Shown here: piece by piece, positions 52,995-64,000 of the stretch | How the letters are laid out: the number at the start of each line of letters is the position of its first letter | How positions within the stretch are numbered: the first letter of the stretch is position 1 | Source: Octopus vulgaris | Taxonomy: Eukaryota | Assembly (NCBI GenBank): GCA_951406725.2 | Contig: OX597836.1 | Location: forward strand, 33,542,001 to 33,606,000 | Direction of reading: 5' to 3' | Length of the DNA stretch: 64,000 nt | Notes under the pieces: generated by a model | The model's input: only the letters and a program-made list of their open reading frames with translations | Databases searched by the model: none | What the model was told of the DNA's origin: nothing | Program-made: the position numbers and the translations under genes

Positions 52995-53407
52995 AATTTC
53001 AGCAAAATAATTAAGATTCAAATGAATTCCAATGAATTCAAATGAATATGGTACTTAACTTAGATGCACCAGAATTCTTTATGGTATTAACCATAAAATA
53101 ATGTGGGGTGATTATAACCAAGAAAAAAGCAACAAGAATGGATTAGTAGTTTAGTACAATTGTTTCGTACTAAGAACATTTTATTTAAAGCTGCAAATAT
53201 TGTAGCAAATACAATGTCCAGTATTCATCAGCTAAATCACATATATGTTTTCCAGACATCCTAGAGAATGTAACTATCCATTATGAAGTATTAAGAGTTC
53301 TATGAATTTGAAGCCAGATAATAAGCAGACTTAAATGTTTCCTAATAATGCACAGTTTTTAAAAAAAAGTTTTTAAAATGATTGTTAACTTCTCATAGAA
53401 GGTAAAT

Positions 53408-53408
<1 letters not shown>
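52995..53408 (-). mobile_element. PLE-like fragment flanked by (TA)n
   Basis: Contains a type I hammerhead fold and sits in a microsatellite, as expected of Penelope-like termini. Confidence 0.6.
53150..53236 (-). ncRNA. Type I hammerhead ribozyme with palindromic stem III and long stem II
   Basis: TTTAG-CTGATGA-ATACT...AGTAC-GAAA-CAATTG-T-A-CTAAA: canonical core, GUA cleavage triplet, 5-bp stem I; A-C mismatch at the base of stem II. Confidence 0.75.
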
Positions 53409-53466
<58 letters not shown>

Positions 53467-53846
53467 TATACATATGGATATATATATACATACATATATA
53501 TATATATGGATACACACACACACATAGATATGGATATATACATATGGATATATATATACATATATGTATATATATGGATACACACACACACATAGATATG
53601 GTAATATACATATACATATGGATATATACATACATATACATATATATATATATATATATATATGGATATATACATACATACATATATATACATATATATG
53701 TATATATAATGTTATAACATTATCTTACTCTCTTAGCTGATCAAGTGCTATTCTACTTGTTGAAACCTTACCACATAATGTATGTGTATATATGTAGGAG
53801 TGTATGTGTCTGTGTGTACACACACATACATATATACATACATACA

Positions 53847-53886
<40 letters not shown>

Positions 53887-53983
53887 AACACACATAGATA
53901 CACATACACACACACATACATATATACATACATATACACACATATATATACATATGCACACACATGTATACATACATACATAA

Positions 53984-54014
<31 letters not shown>

Positions 54015-54869
54015 TATAAATACATATGTATACACATACACATAGACACATGTATATATATATACACATATGAACACCCATGCACACACGCACACATGTA
54101 ATCATGGACATATTTAACATGTCTCCTGATATCACAGCAATAACTCTGAAGCAGAAGCCTGTTGCCCTCCCGGAGAGGCAAAGTTGTCGCTTGTTAGTAG
54201 CCAAAACATTGGTTCGGAGTGTGCTTACTACCGTCAGCACTGCCTGCTGACACAGGTGCCAGCTCCAATCAACCACTAACCCAGCAGCCAGTGCTGGCGA
54301 CATTTCGCTAATTTGTTTCCTGGTGGCCACATAAATGCCAGCCCGGGAGATGCGGTTATTCGACACATCCACCAGTACACAATCCACAATGGGTGGCCAC
54401 TTCAGTACACAAGTTAGAATTAGCAGAACTGCTAGAAGTGTCGGATAAATTGCTTTGCAGTATTTACGTGTGATTCTTCACATTCTGAGTTCAATCTTTG
54501 CCAAAGATAAATCAAGCACCTGGGTCGATATAATGAACTGTTTCCTACCAGTGCCAAGAATATTTCTGGTCTTGTGTCGATGCCAGACATTTTTATTTAT
54601 TATTATATTACATAAGGTGGAGTCACAGCTCTGTGGTGAAGAGCCTCACTTCTTAAAATTCAGTCCCACTCTGTAGAAATCTGTCACACACACACATATA
54701 TACTGTTTTACTTGTATTTATGCACCTGTCTGTGTTTTGCCTATTTAGGGTGTGTTTTACTACATAATGGTCACCAACTGCCTACCCTGAGTAATTACCG
54801 ATGGCACGTGCCTGCCTGCAGTATATAGCTGACCACTGCTCCCTTGGAATTCGTAGTCTTATGAGCAGC

Positions 54870-55080
54870 ACGGTGACCTTAACAGTGCTGGTGGTATGAA
54901 CAAAAATACCCAGGGTATGGTGCAAAGTGTTTGGCATTAGGAAGGGCGTCTAACTATAGGATGCCATGCCAAAGCAGACACTGAAGTATGATGCAGACCT
55001 TGAATCCACTGGATCCTGTCAAATCATCCAACCCATGCCAGCATGAAACATGGATGTTAAACGACCAAGGTGACGACGAT
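54870..55080 (+). mobile_element. Degenerate RTE 3' end
   Basis: ggcattaggaagggc...ccaacccatgccagcatg...gatgttaaacgac. Confidence 0.7.
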
Positions 55081-55174
55081 GGGGATGATTGCGACACTCT
55101 ACTTCCAGCATCTAAAGAGTAATCTTTTTTGTTTTCTTTTTGGGTCTTTCTTTTTCTTCTTCTTTGCTGTATCA

Positions 55175-55535
55175 TTTACTTGTTTGAGTCATTAGACTGA
55201 AGCCAAGTCTTGAAGAAATTTTAGTCAAATTAATCAACCCCAAAACTTATTTACTTTCTCAAGCCAGGTAGATTTTCTATCATTCACTTTTGCCCAACTG
55301 CTAAGTTATGGGGATGTAAACACACTGACACTCATTCTCAAGAAGTGCTGGGAGACAAACAGACACAAACACGCGATGGGCTTCTTTTAGTTTCTGTCAA
55401 CCAAATCAATTCACAAGGGTTGGTCTGAGGCTATAGTAGAAGACATTTCTCCAAAGATTCCATGCAGTGGGACTGAACCCAGCACCATGTGGCTGGGGAG
55501 CAAGCTTCTTACCACACAGCCACACCTGCACCTAT
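55175..55535 (-). mobile_element. Old, degenerate S1 SINE
   Basis: Family match with many substitutions. Confidence 0.75.
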
Positions 55536-55708
55536 AATTAATTCTTGGAAGAATCACAATAACCATTTAAAACACACATCCAGAAACTTGCTGCTATGTT
55601 CACTTTTGTTGTTTTCCAAAACCGTAAAATATCTCAAGACGAATTAAACATCTTCAGTATACTTCACTGACCTGACCACCATCACTTATTATTATTATTA
55701 TTATTATT

Positions 55709-56265
55709 GAGCGAGAGAGCAGTGCATGCCATCAAAGTGACACTAGGGTAAAATATACGAAGCCCAGTATACCCGTCATGACTACCCGTCTGATAAGGGT
55801 ACATTAGGCACATGCATCACAACCATATGTGCGCAACATAGTGATCTCATATCAAGATAAACAGCACATGACCTTGCAGGTGGGGCCCAGTTAGAATTTT
55901 TTTCTGGTCGAGTAACCCATCCCGCTCAAAAGGTCCTTGAATAAGGGTTGTTTAAGGATGTTGAACGAAGCACCCATGTTTCCAAAGGTGAATTATCCAA
56001 ACCTCTAAGAATTCCTTTCAACACTCGGCTATGATTCTCCCCAACTACTTCTGCTTGTGGTCAGAGATGCACACATTGTCAGTCACTAAGAGACATGCTC
56101 AACTGGTTATGGTCAAACAATTGACAAGCAAATCTGTGATATTGAGCAGAATATTTGCTGTAGCCCATCTTTTATACCAAGACAAAACAATGTACATGGT
56201 AACACTTTCAATTGGTTCAGATCAGAAGGCATGAGAGCCACTGCCTGATACTGCATCAGGGCATT
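55709..56265 (-). mobile_element. (TAA)n-targeting non-coding retroposon (family T), longer copy
   Basis: (TTA)n on both flanks; shares its 3' end with 19016-19208. Confidence 0.8.
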
Positions 56266-57034
56266 TTATTATTATTATTATTATATTATTATTCCACTGT
56301 GCCTCACAGAAAGCAGGAGAAAATGGAATAAAGAGTACAAGGAAGCTAGCAGAATCCGTCTCTCATTCTTGTAACAATTCACACTTTTATCACCATTTCA
56401 TTTACAAAAGAAAAGAATAAAAAAAAAATATAGAAATATATAGAAATAAAATAAGCTTAAGTGAAAATATTTTAAAATTCACAATTTTTTATTTTATTTT
56501 TGTGCATGTGTGTGTCAAGTAGGTGGGAAAATTACGCAGTTGTTTCACTATTTTAACTGTCGATAATGACGATGATGACGGCGATGAAGATGATGATGGC
56601 AACAAGCATGATGATGTTATCGGTGAGACATGTAAGTGGCGTGGAATACATTGGGTTTTTTTGGGGGTTTTTCTTACTTTGTTTTATTCTTCTTTTCTTT
56701 TACTTACTTTTGACTCACCACCACCACCACCACCCCATCTCACATCCGTTTTCTTTATCCTCCTCTTCACTTCAGCACGAAAGGGATTGGACAATACTTT
56801 CAAATTTATACAGAAGAATGCCTGTCATATTGGTACAGCTGAGCTTCATTTTCTTTTTTTTTTTACTATTTCATAATATTTTTTCTTAACCTTATTTACG
56901 CTGTATCATCATCACCACCACCACCACCATTACCATCACCCATCATCACCATCAAACATCCATGTTCAACTCTGGTATGGGTTGGATGGTTTGACAAGGA
57001 TTCATGAGTCAAGGACTGCATCGTACTCCAGTGT

Positions 57035-58450
57035 CTACATGTTTGTATGTTCAAACCGGCTATACCAGGCCCATATATTCTACATGTTTGTATGTTCAAA
57101 CTGGTCATACAAGGCCCATATATTCTACATGTTTGAATGCTCAAACCGCCCATACCAGGCCCATATATTCTACATGTTTGCATGTTCAAACCGGCCATAC
57201 CAGGCCTATATATTCTACATGTTTGCAAGTTCAAACCAGCCATACCAGGCCCATATATTCTACATGTTTGCATGTTCAAACCGGCCATACATTCTACATG
57301 TTTGTATGTTCAAACTGGCCATACCAGGCCTATGTATTCTATATGTTTGTATGTTTAAACCGGCCATACCAGGCCCATATATTCTACATGTTTGCATGTT
57401 CAAACCGGCCATACCAGGCCCATATATTCTACATGTTTGAATGCTCAAACCGCCCATACCAGGCCCATATATTCTACATGTTTGCAAGTTCAAACCAGCC
57501 ATACCAGGCCCATATATTCTACATGTTTGCATGTTCAAACCGGCCATACATTCTACATGTTTGTATGTTCAAACTGGCCATACCAGGCCTATGTATTCTA
57601 TATGTTTGTATGTTTAAACCGGCCATACCAGGCCCATATATTCTACATGTTTGCATGTTCAAACCGGCCATACCAGGCCCATATATTCTACATGTTTGTA
57701 TGTTCAAACCGGCCATACCAGGCCCATATATTCTACATGTTTGCATGTTCAAACCAGCCATACCAGGCCCATATATTCTACATGTTTGCATGTTCAAACC
57801 GGCCATACCAGGCCTATATATTCTACATGTTTGTATGTTCAAACTGGCCATACCAGGCCCATATATTCTACATGTTTGCATGTTCAAACCGGCCATACCA
57901 GGCCTATATATTCTACATGTTTGTATGTTCAAACTGGCCATACCAGGCCCATATATTCTACATGTTTGCATGTTCAAACCGGCCATACCAGGCCTATATA
58001 TTCTACATGTTTGTATGTTCAAACTGGCCATACCAGGCCCATATATTCTACATGTTTCCATGTTCAAACCGGCCATACCAGGCCTATATATTCTACATGT
58101 TTGTATGTTCAAACTGGCCATACCAGGCCCATATATTCTACATGTTTGCATGTTCAAACCGGCCATACCAGGCCTATATATTCTACATGTTTGTATGTTC
58201 AAACTGGCAATACCAGGCCCATATATTCTACATGTTTGCATGTTCAAACCGGCCATACCAGGCCTATATATTCTACATGTTTGTATGTTCAAACTGGCCA
58301 TACCAGGCCCATATATTCTACATGTTTGCATGTTCAAACCGGCCATACCAGGCCTATATATTCTACATGTTTGTATGTTCAAACTGGCCATACCAGGCCC
58401 ATATATTCTACATGTTTGCATGTTCAAACCAGTCATACCAGGCCTGTATA
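57035..58450. repeat. 45-bp minisatellite, about 31 copies, derived from the MITE-A interior
   Basis: Unit aaaccggccataccaggcccatatattctacatgtttgcatgttc; the array runs into the MITE-A 3' half. Confidence 0.95.
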
Positions 58451-58620
58451 TCAACGTGTTGTTTTGTTCAAATCAGCCAGATCTACCATATAATGTCATT
58501 CTAAAAATAGACAATCAACATAATTGAAATCTTGAAGCTACTTGATAATGCAAGATTAAATTCAAATCCATCTCAATAAATAAGCGCTGTGTTTGACTGA
58601 GTAATCTGAAGGCCAAAGGG
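58450..58620 (+). mobile_element. MITE-A 3' half ending AAAGGG-TTAA
   Basis: aatgtcattctaaaaata...gagtaatctgaaggccaaagggttaa. Confidence 0.85.
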
Positions 58621-58852
58621 TTAACGAATCGTCATCAAGGCCACTTAATTGATGCAGCCAGATGCTTTCACAGTCGGTCATCACCACTGGTTTCTATTCT
58701 GTCAGGTGTAGCAAGTTCAGTGTCTTGTGATTAACCCAGTCCTTGATGCTCTCAAACCAGGATTTTCTGTGTCTGCTTCTCTTTCATTCTCCCTCAACTG
58801 GGCCCTGAAGACTGGCTTCGGGACAGGGAGTTGTGGTGAGGTGCATGACCGT

Positions 58853-59321
58853 AAAACAAAAGACAAAGGCAGACAAGGGAATGACAAGCAAGGTGTATTA
58901 GTTTAACACTCAGGAAGAATGGAAAATTCTTTAATGTTTCAAGCCTATGCTCTTCGACAGAAATGATATATATATGTATATATATGTGTGTGTGTGTCTC
59001 TCAGTAACCTAGCAGTTCTGTAAAGAAACTGATAAAATAAGGAACAAGATTAATGCTTCAACTTCATCCAAAAATGTTTCTACTCTCGTTTGTTTTGGTA
59101 TTGGAAGTTTTTCAGGAGGATGTTCAAAGCGTTTTCTTTGCCACCCTACAAAAACAATTTAGGGTGTGTGCTTGCACCCCCTGCATATCCCTGTTCCTGA
59201 GCCAATGTATATCTGTTATCTTAACCCTTTTGCATTTAAACCGGCCATATCTGTCCCAAATATTCTACCAAGTTATATATTGATACCATCCAGATCTGGT
59301 CTCTCACACCAACCCTATAAT
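58853..59321. repeat. Left arm of a ~460-bp inverted duplication (partner 61944-62401)
   Basis: Reverse-complement match across PLE-like, unique and MITE-A segments; the ORF track shows near-identical peptides on opposite strands. Confidence 0.92.
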
Positions 59322-59967
59322 CATTTTACCTGTGTGAAGAGTGGTTCCTGTCTGCCAGTGTATTTGTTAACTCGCTGCCTGATAAAGATGTTCGCTTTGA
59401 CCACGAAAGCACGCCTGGTCACGAGGAAATACTAATTCGTTAGGAAATGGGTGAGAGCTGGTGACAAATTCCGTTCAACCCAAAAGAGCACAGAGACATG
59501 GACAATAAAGTAATGTCAACATCGAAAATAGATCCTCTATGTGGTCATGTAACCTGCAAGAAATACCAGCTAAATCTCCTCCCAAACTCAACTACCACCA
59601 TCTTAAGCAAACAAAATATTAGATTTGACATGCCAGGTCCTGCAAAACAAAACAGGATGATCAATGCTGGTACATTCTTTTATCATAGTCTTGCTTAAGG
59701 TAAATTCATCTTGACACTATGACGGCAACAACATCTACAAGTTATTTCGCAAAATTCCTGTGGCTCACCTGCTTTGTGGTTTTGTAACAATTTTTCTCAC
59801 ACGCTTATTATGTATGGGAACAGAAATGTCCTGATTTTTGTCTCTTTTGTCGTTCTTTTTCTTTTGATTTTTAAATACCTCCCCAAAAATATATATAACT
59901 GGAGGAAATATCTACTTTACATCAAGTGGACAACTTAGCAGTCTGATAACATGCGTGTGTGTGTGTG

Positions 59968-60000
<33 letters not shown>

Positions 60001-60071
60001 ATAATAATCAGGCAATAATCTGATAGCTCTGCATTGGCAAGGCTTGAAAAAATATAGAAAAGCATGAAAGG

Positions 60072-60248
60072 GGTATAGTGAACTTGCCATGAGGAGCGGA
60101 ATATCCAATGTTTCGGATTCAATGTTTCGTCAGGGGGCAGAGAAAAAGAGAAGAAAAAGAGAAAAAAGTCAGAGTTTACATCCTCTCACCTTGAGTTGAA
60201 TATCCGAAACATTGGCTATTCCACTCCTCACAGCAAGTTCACCGTACC
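60072..60248. repeat. Inverted repeat with 47-bp arms (60072-60118 and 60202-60248)
   Basis: About 6 mismatches, several of them CpG-type transitions. Confidence 0.8.
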
Positions 60249-60589
60249 ATTTTCACTTTTTTGTTTGTTTATATGTATGTATGTATGTATTTATGTATGT
60301 ATGTATGTATGTATGTATATATGTGTGCATGTATGTATGTATAAATGTGTATGTATGTGAAGAGAAAGGGACATGAGAGTAAGTTGGTTTGGGGGACCAA
60401 TCAAATATTTCAACCATATTGTCGTCCCCAACAACTCAAGTACTCGCAATTCAAATGTTTACGTCTCTCTCCTCCCAAAGTTTTTCTAAGTTTTGCATCT
60501 GCGTGATAAAAAGAATTAAAAAAAAAAAAACCTATGGAAGAACAGAATTAATATGGACATTAAACATGACCATGATGACAAGGAAAGCC

Positions 60590-60968
60590 TAACTTTCCTG
60601 TCCACCATTCCTTGGTCAATAAAAGGGTAAACACCCCCTCCCATCACGAATAACCATGGGACTGCACCTAGAAAGTTCCCCTCTGAGGCACAAGCCTGGG
60701 CAAGGTTGTTTATGGAGGACCAGCAGTCACCCATGCATACCAGCCTTCCCTTTTCCACACCACCAATGTTATCCAAGGGAAAGGCAAAGGGGCTGATACA
60801 GCTTGGCGCCAGGGATGTCGCAACTCACTTCTACAGCTGAGTGAACTACAGCAATGGGAAATAGAGGGACTTGCTCAAGAACACAACACACAGCTTGGTC
60901 TGGGAATTGAACTCATTAACTCATGATTGTGAGTCTGATGCTCTAACCACTGAGTCATGTACCTTCCT
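60590..60968 (-). mobile_element. SINE with H4-like head and a different tail (T6)
   Basis: Minus-strand head gactcagtggttagagcatcagac...gtgttcttgagcaag. Confidence 0.7.
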
Positions 60969-61100
60969 TGGTCAATAGCATGAAGTAATTCCAAGGTAAT
61001 ATCACTGACTATGGTTTCTTGTTTGCCTGAATTTGTCCAAGACAGGGATCATGTGAAAGCTTGTCCAAGGTAGAAGATATTTGTGGAAGTTTGTCCAAAG

Positions 61101-61733
61101 CAGTGTTCCTCAACCATTTTTCACCTACGAACCCCTTTCATTCTTGTTCTATTCTACTGGACCCTCATAACCATTCACGGTTTCAAAAAACCCTATTATA
61201 TATTTTTATAATTAAATATTATTAGGAATTGTATAAAAAGAAAAAAAAACTGCGAAAATATTTTGTGTGGAGTAGAAGTATAACAAATTTATTGTACACT
61301 AGCACTATGACCTGGCAACGCTGGGTCATAGAGCTAGAGCATGCATATACAGCTGCGTGCATGCGCACATACACGCGAGTACTGTCCAAATCTCCGTCCA
61401 ATCACATACAGCTAGCTGGCATTCAATTCGCGTATCAAGTTTCGGGCATTTTGATTGGGTTTTGGATAGAAAATTCACAAAAAAGTAACTTCTATTGATT
61501 TTTTAATGGCTTTGCAGGGTGACTGGGTAAATGTAAAGATGTGCACGGCCACCCTTGGACGGTTTTCAATGACCATAGAAAGTATGAGCCCTCTAACTGA
61601 AAAATTGTGGATTTGCATAAAGGACACACACACAGCCAGACATTTTGCCGTTTATAAATATAGAGATAAATTTTAACAGTAAAATCTTATATGGACTCTC
61701 AAGAGCCAAATGAACCTCAATTGAGAACCCCTG
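61101..61733. mobile_element. hAT (Charlie-like) MITE containing a Helitron
   Basis: TIRs cagtgttcctcaa / ttgagaacccctg; imperfect 8-bp TSD gtccaaag / gtctgaag. Confidence 0.75.
61299..61666 (-). mobile_element. Non-autonomous Helitron, second copy
   Basis: TC...CTAG ends on the minus strand, A|T insertion site, subterminal hairpin. Confidence 0.85.
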
Positions 61734-61819
61734 GTCTGAAGTAATAATGGCCTGTGAGTGGTTGTTGAGTTAGAATGTGTGTGTATCAGATTACAGGATG
61801 TGTGTTGAAGACTACTTGA

Positions 61820-62040
61820 CCCTTATGCATTCAGATTATTCTGTCAAATGTAATGCTTATTTATGCAAATTTAAAAAAATTAATAATGTAATACCTTGAA
61901 GCTTCAAGATTTTGAAGATGTAATTGTTTATTTTCAGAATGACATTATAGGGTAGGTGTGAGAGATCAGATCTGGATGGTATCAATATATAACTTGGTAG
62001 AATATTTGGGACAGATATGGCCGGTTTAAATGCAAAAGGG
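61820..62040 (-). mobile_element. Complete MITE-A
   Basis: ttga-CCCTT left flank; AAGGG-TTAA at 62036-62044. Confidence 0.85.
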
Positions 62041-62256
62041 TTAAGATAACAGATACGCATTGGCTCAGGAACAGGGATGTGCAGGGGGTGCAAGCACACA
62101 TCCTAACTTGTTTTTGTAGGGTGGCAAAGAAAACGCTTTGAACATCCTCCTGAAAAACTTCCAATACCAAAATAAACGAGAGTAGAAACAATGCATTAAG
62201 CTTGTTCCTTATTTTATCAGTTTCTTTCACAGAACTGCTAGGTTACTGAGAGACAA

Positions 62257-62288
<32 letters not shown>

Positions 62289-62401
62289 CATTTCTGTTGA
62301 AGAGCGTAGGCTTGAAACATTAAAGACTTTTCCATTCTTCCTGAGTGTTAAACTAATACACCTTGCTTGTCATTCCCTTATCTGCCTTTGTCTTTTGTTT
62401 T
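61944..62401. repeat. Right arm of the inverted duplication (partner 58853-59321)
   Basis: Reverse-complement match to 58853-59321. Confidence 0.92.
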
Positions 62402-62434
62402 CTATAAATTTGAACACACACACACACGCACGCA

Positions 62435-63022
62435 ACAGGCTTCTTTCAGCTTCAGTCTACCAAATCCACCTCCAAGACTTTGGTCAGCTCGAGGCTATAG
62501 CAAGAAGACACCTGCCCAAGGTACTACACAGAGGGATTGAACCCGGAACCATGTAGTTGAGAAGCAAGCTTCTTACCACACAGCCATGCCTGCACCTGTA
62601 CGCGTGTGCATACTCTCTTTTTACTCTTTTACTTGTTTCAGTCATTTGACTGCGGCCATGCTGGAGCACCGCCTTTAATCGAGCAACTCGACCCTGGGAC
62701 TTATTCTTTTGTAAGCCCAGTACTTATTCTATCGCTTTCTTTTGCCGAACCGCTAAGTAACGGGGACATAAACACACCAGCATCGGTTGTCAAGCAATGC
62801 TAGGGGAACAAACACAGACACACTAACACACACACGCATATATATATATATACATATAAATGATGGGCTTCTTTCAGTTTCCATCTACCAAATCCACTCA
62901 CAAGGCTTTGGTCGGCCCGAGGCTATAGTAGAAGACACTAACCCAAGATGCCACGCAGTGGGACTGAACCCGGAACCATGTGGTCGGTAAACAAGCTACT
63001 TACCACACAGCCACTCCTGCGC
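62435..63022 (-). mobile_element. Partial (62435-62597) and full (62611-63022) S1 SINEs
   Basis: Family match. Confidence 0.88.
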
Positions 63023-63838
63023 ATATTAAAAAAAGAACCCAAAGAGAAATGGCTTCTCCATCTATTACCAACAATCTGTTACCCTATCTTTAATCCTATT
63101 TAGTTCTTGCTTGTCTATCAATTTACCATTCTGTTATTTGGCCAATATTTAGACGTAATTTGGCAACTTTCCTCAATTCTTCCCCCTAACATAATTTTTA
63201 CCATTATTTTTTGGGGAAAATAATTTTTTATTTGTTTCAGAATTTCATTTATTTTTTTTCTTTTTCCATTTTTAATATCTCTATCTTCCTCTCATTAAAC
63301 TCGTAAAGCCGTGAGAATCAAATACTTTTCCATTCTAATTACTGACCCGTGGCGGAAAACGAATACACAACTGTCTGCCACTCATCACTGCCTTTCCCGC
63401 CCCACCAAGAAGAGAATGGGAGAGAGGGTACCAAAATGGATAACATAAAGAAAGCCAAACCAAAACCACCAAAATATCTAAATTCAAATATTAAAATAAT
63501 TCTTTGACTACGCAAAACATGGAACAAAAAAAAAAAATGTTTTTAAAAGATTAAATATGAAATAATAAAAAGCAAAAAAAACCCAGTAAAAACCAAAAAA
63601 TAAAAATTAATAATAACTAAATAAAACAAACAGAAAATAAAAACAACAAATGCTGAGGCATAATAAAATTAATTGTGCTGAGGTTTCTGCAACTAATTAA
63701 ATATTTTCGGGACAAAATAATTAATAAAGAAGCTAGTATTAAATACTTTTCTAAGTCCATTCTACAGTTTCTTATTAAGTTCTTCACACATTATTCTACA
63801 TACACACAGATCATAAATATACACACAGACACACAGAG

Positions 63839-63894
<56 letters not shown>

Positions 63895-64000
63895 AATCAT
63901 ACATATATATATACACACACATGCATACACATACACACACATACATGCGCATACATACACACATACATGCACATACATACACAGGCATATACATGCATAT

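Noticed and set aside
53725-54387. 220-aa ORF
   Set aside because: More than half is microsatellite and the unique part resembles no protein I recognise.
57004-58527. 507-, 370-, 311- and 280-aa ORFs
   Set aside because: They are translations of a 45-bp (15-codon) tandem repeat, open in several frames on both strands, and the unit derives from a MITE.
63339-63527. 62-aa hydrophobic ORF or possible exon
   Set aside because: Hydrophobicity follows from T-rich composition, and the splice signals are weak.

Overview
AT-rich, repeat-saturated animal genomic DNA, very probably an octopus (coleoid cephalopod) intronic or intergenic region. The species call is an inference from the SINE repertoire and the extreme (TA)n/(CA)n/(GA)n/(GATA)n microsatellite load. 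No intact host protein-coding gene is recognisable, and nearly all ORFs in the track are translations of simple or tandem repeats. Supported content: a decayed mariner transposon, 3' ends of RTE LINEs, a Dong/R4-type RLE retrotransposon fragment in (TAA)n, several tRNA-derived SINE families, two TTAA-specific piggyBac-type MITE families, hAT MITEs, two non-autonomous Helitrons, several minisatellites/satellites, and Penelope-like (PLE) fragments in microsatellites. SINE family labels S1/S2, H3/H4, T3-T6 and MITE-A/B are my own working names. The most notable observations are: several type I hammerhead-ribozyme folds (one with an intact core at 53150-53236, plus a family-wide A6-to-U core variant); independent insertion of two different retroelements into the same paralogous (TAA)n tract; SINE self-targeting at GGTA; reciprocal nesting of the two MITE families; satellites derived from MITEs; and local inverted duplications that could form dsRNA. 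Two weak minus-strand exon candidates may belong to a host transcript.
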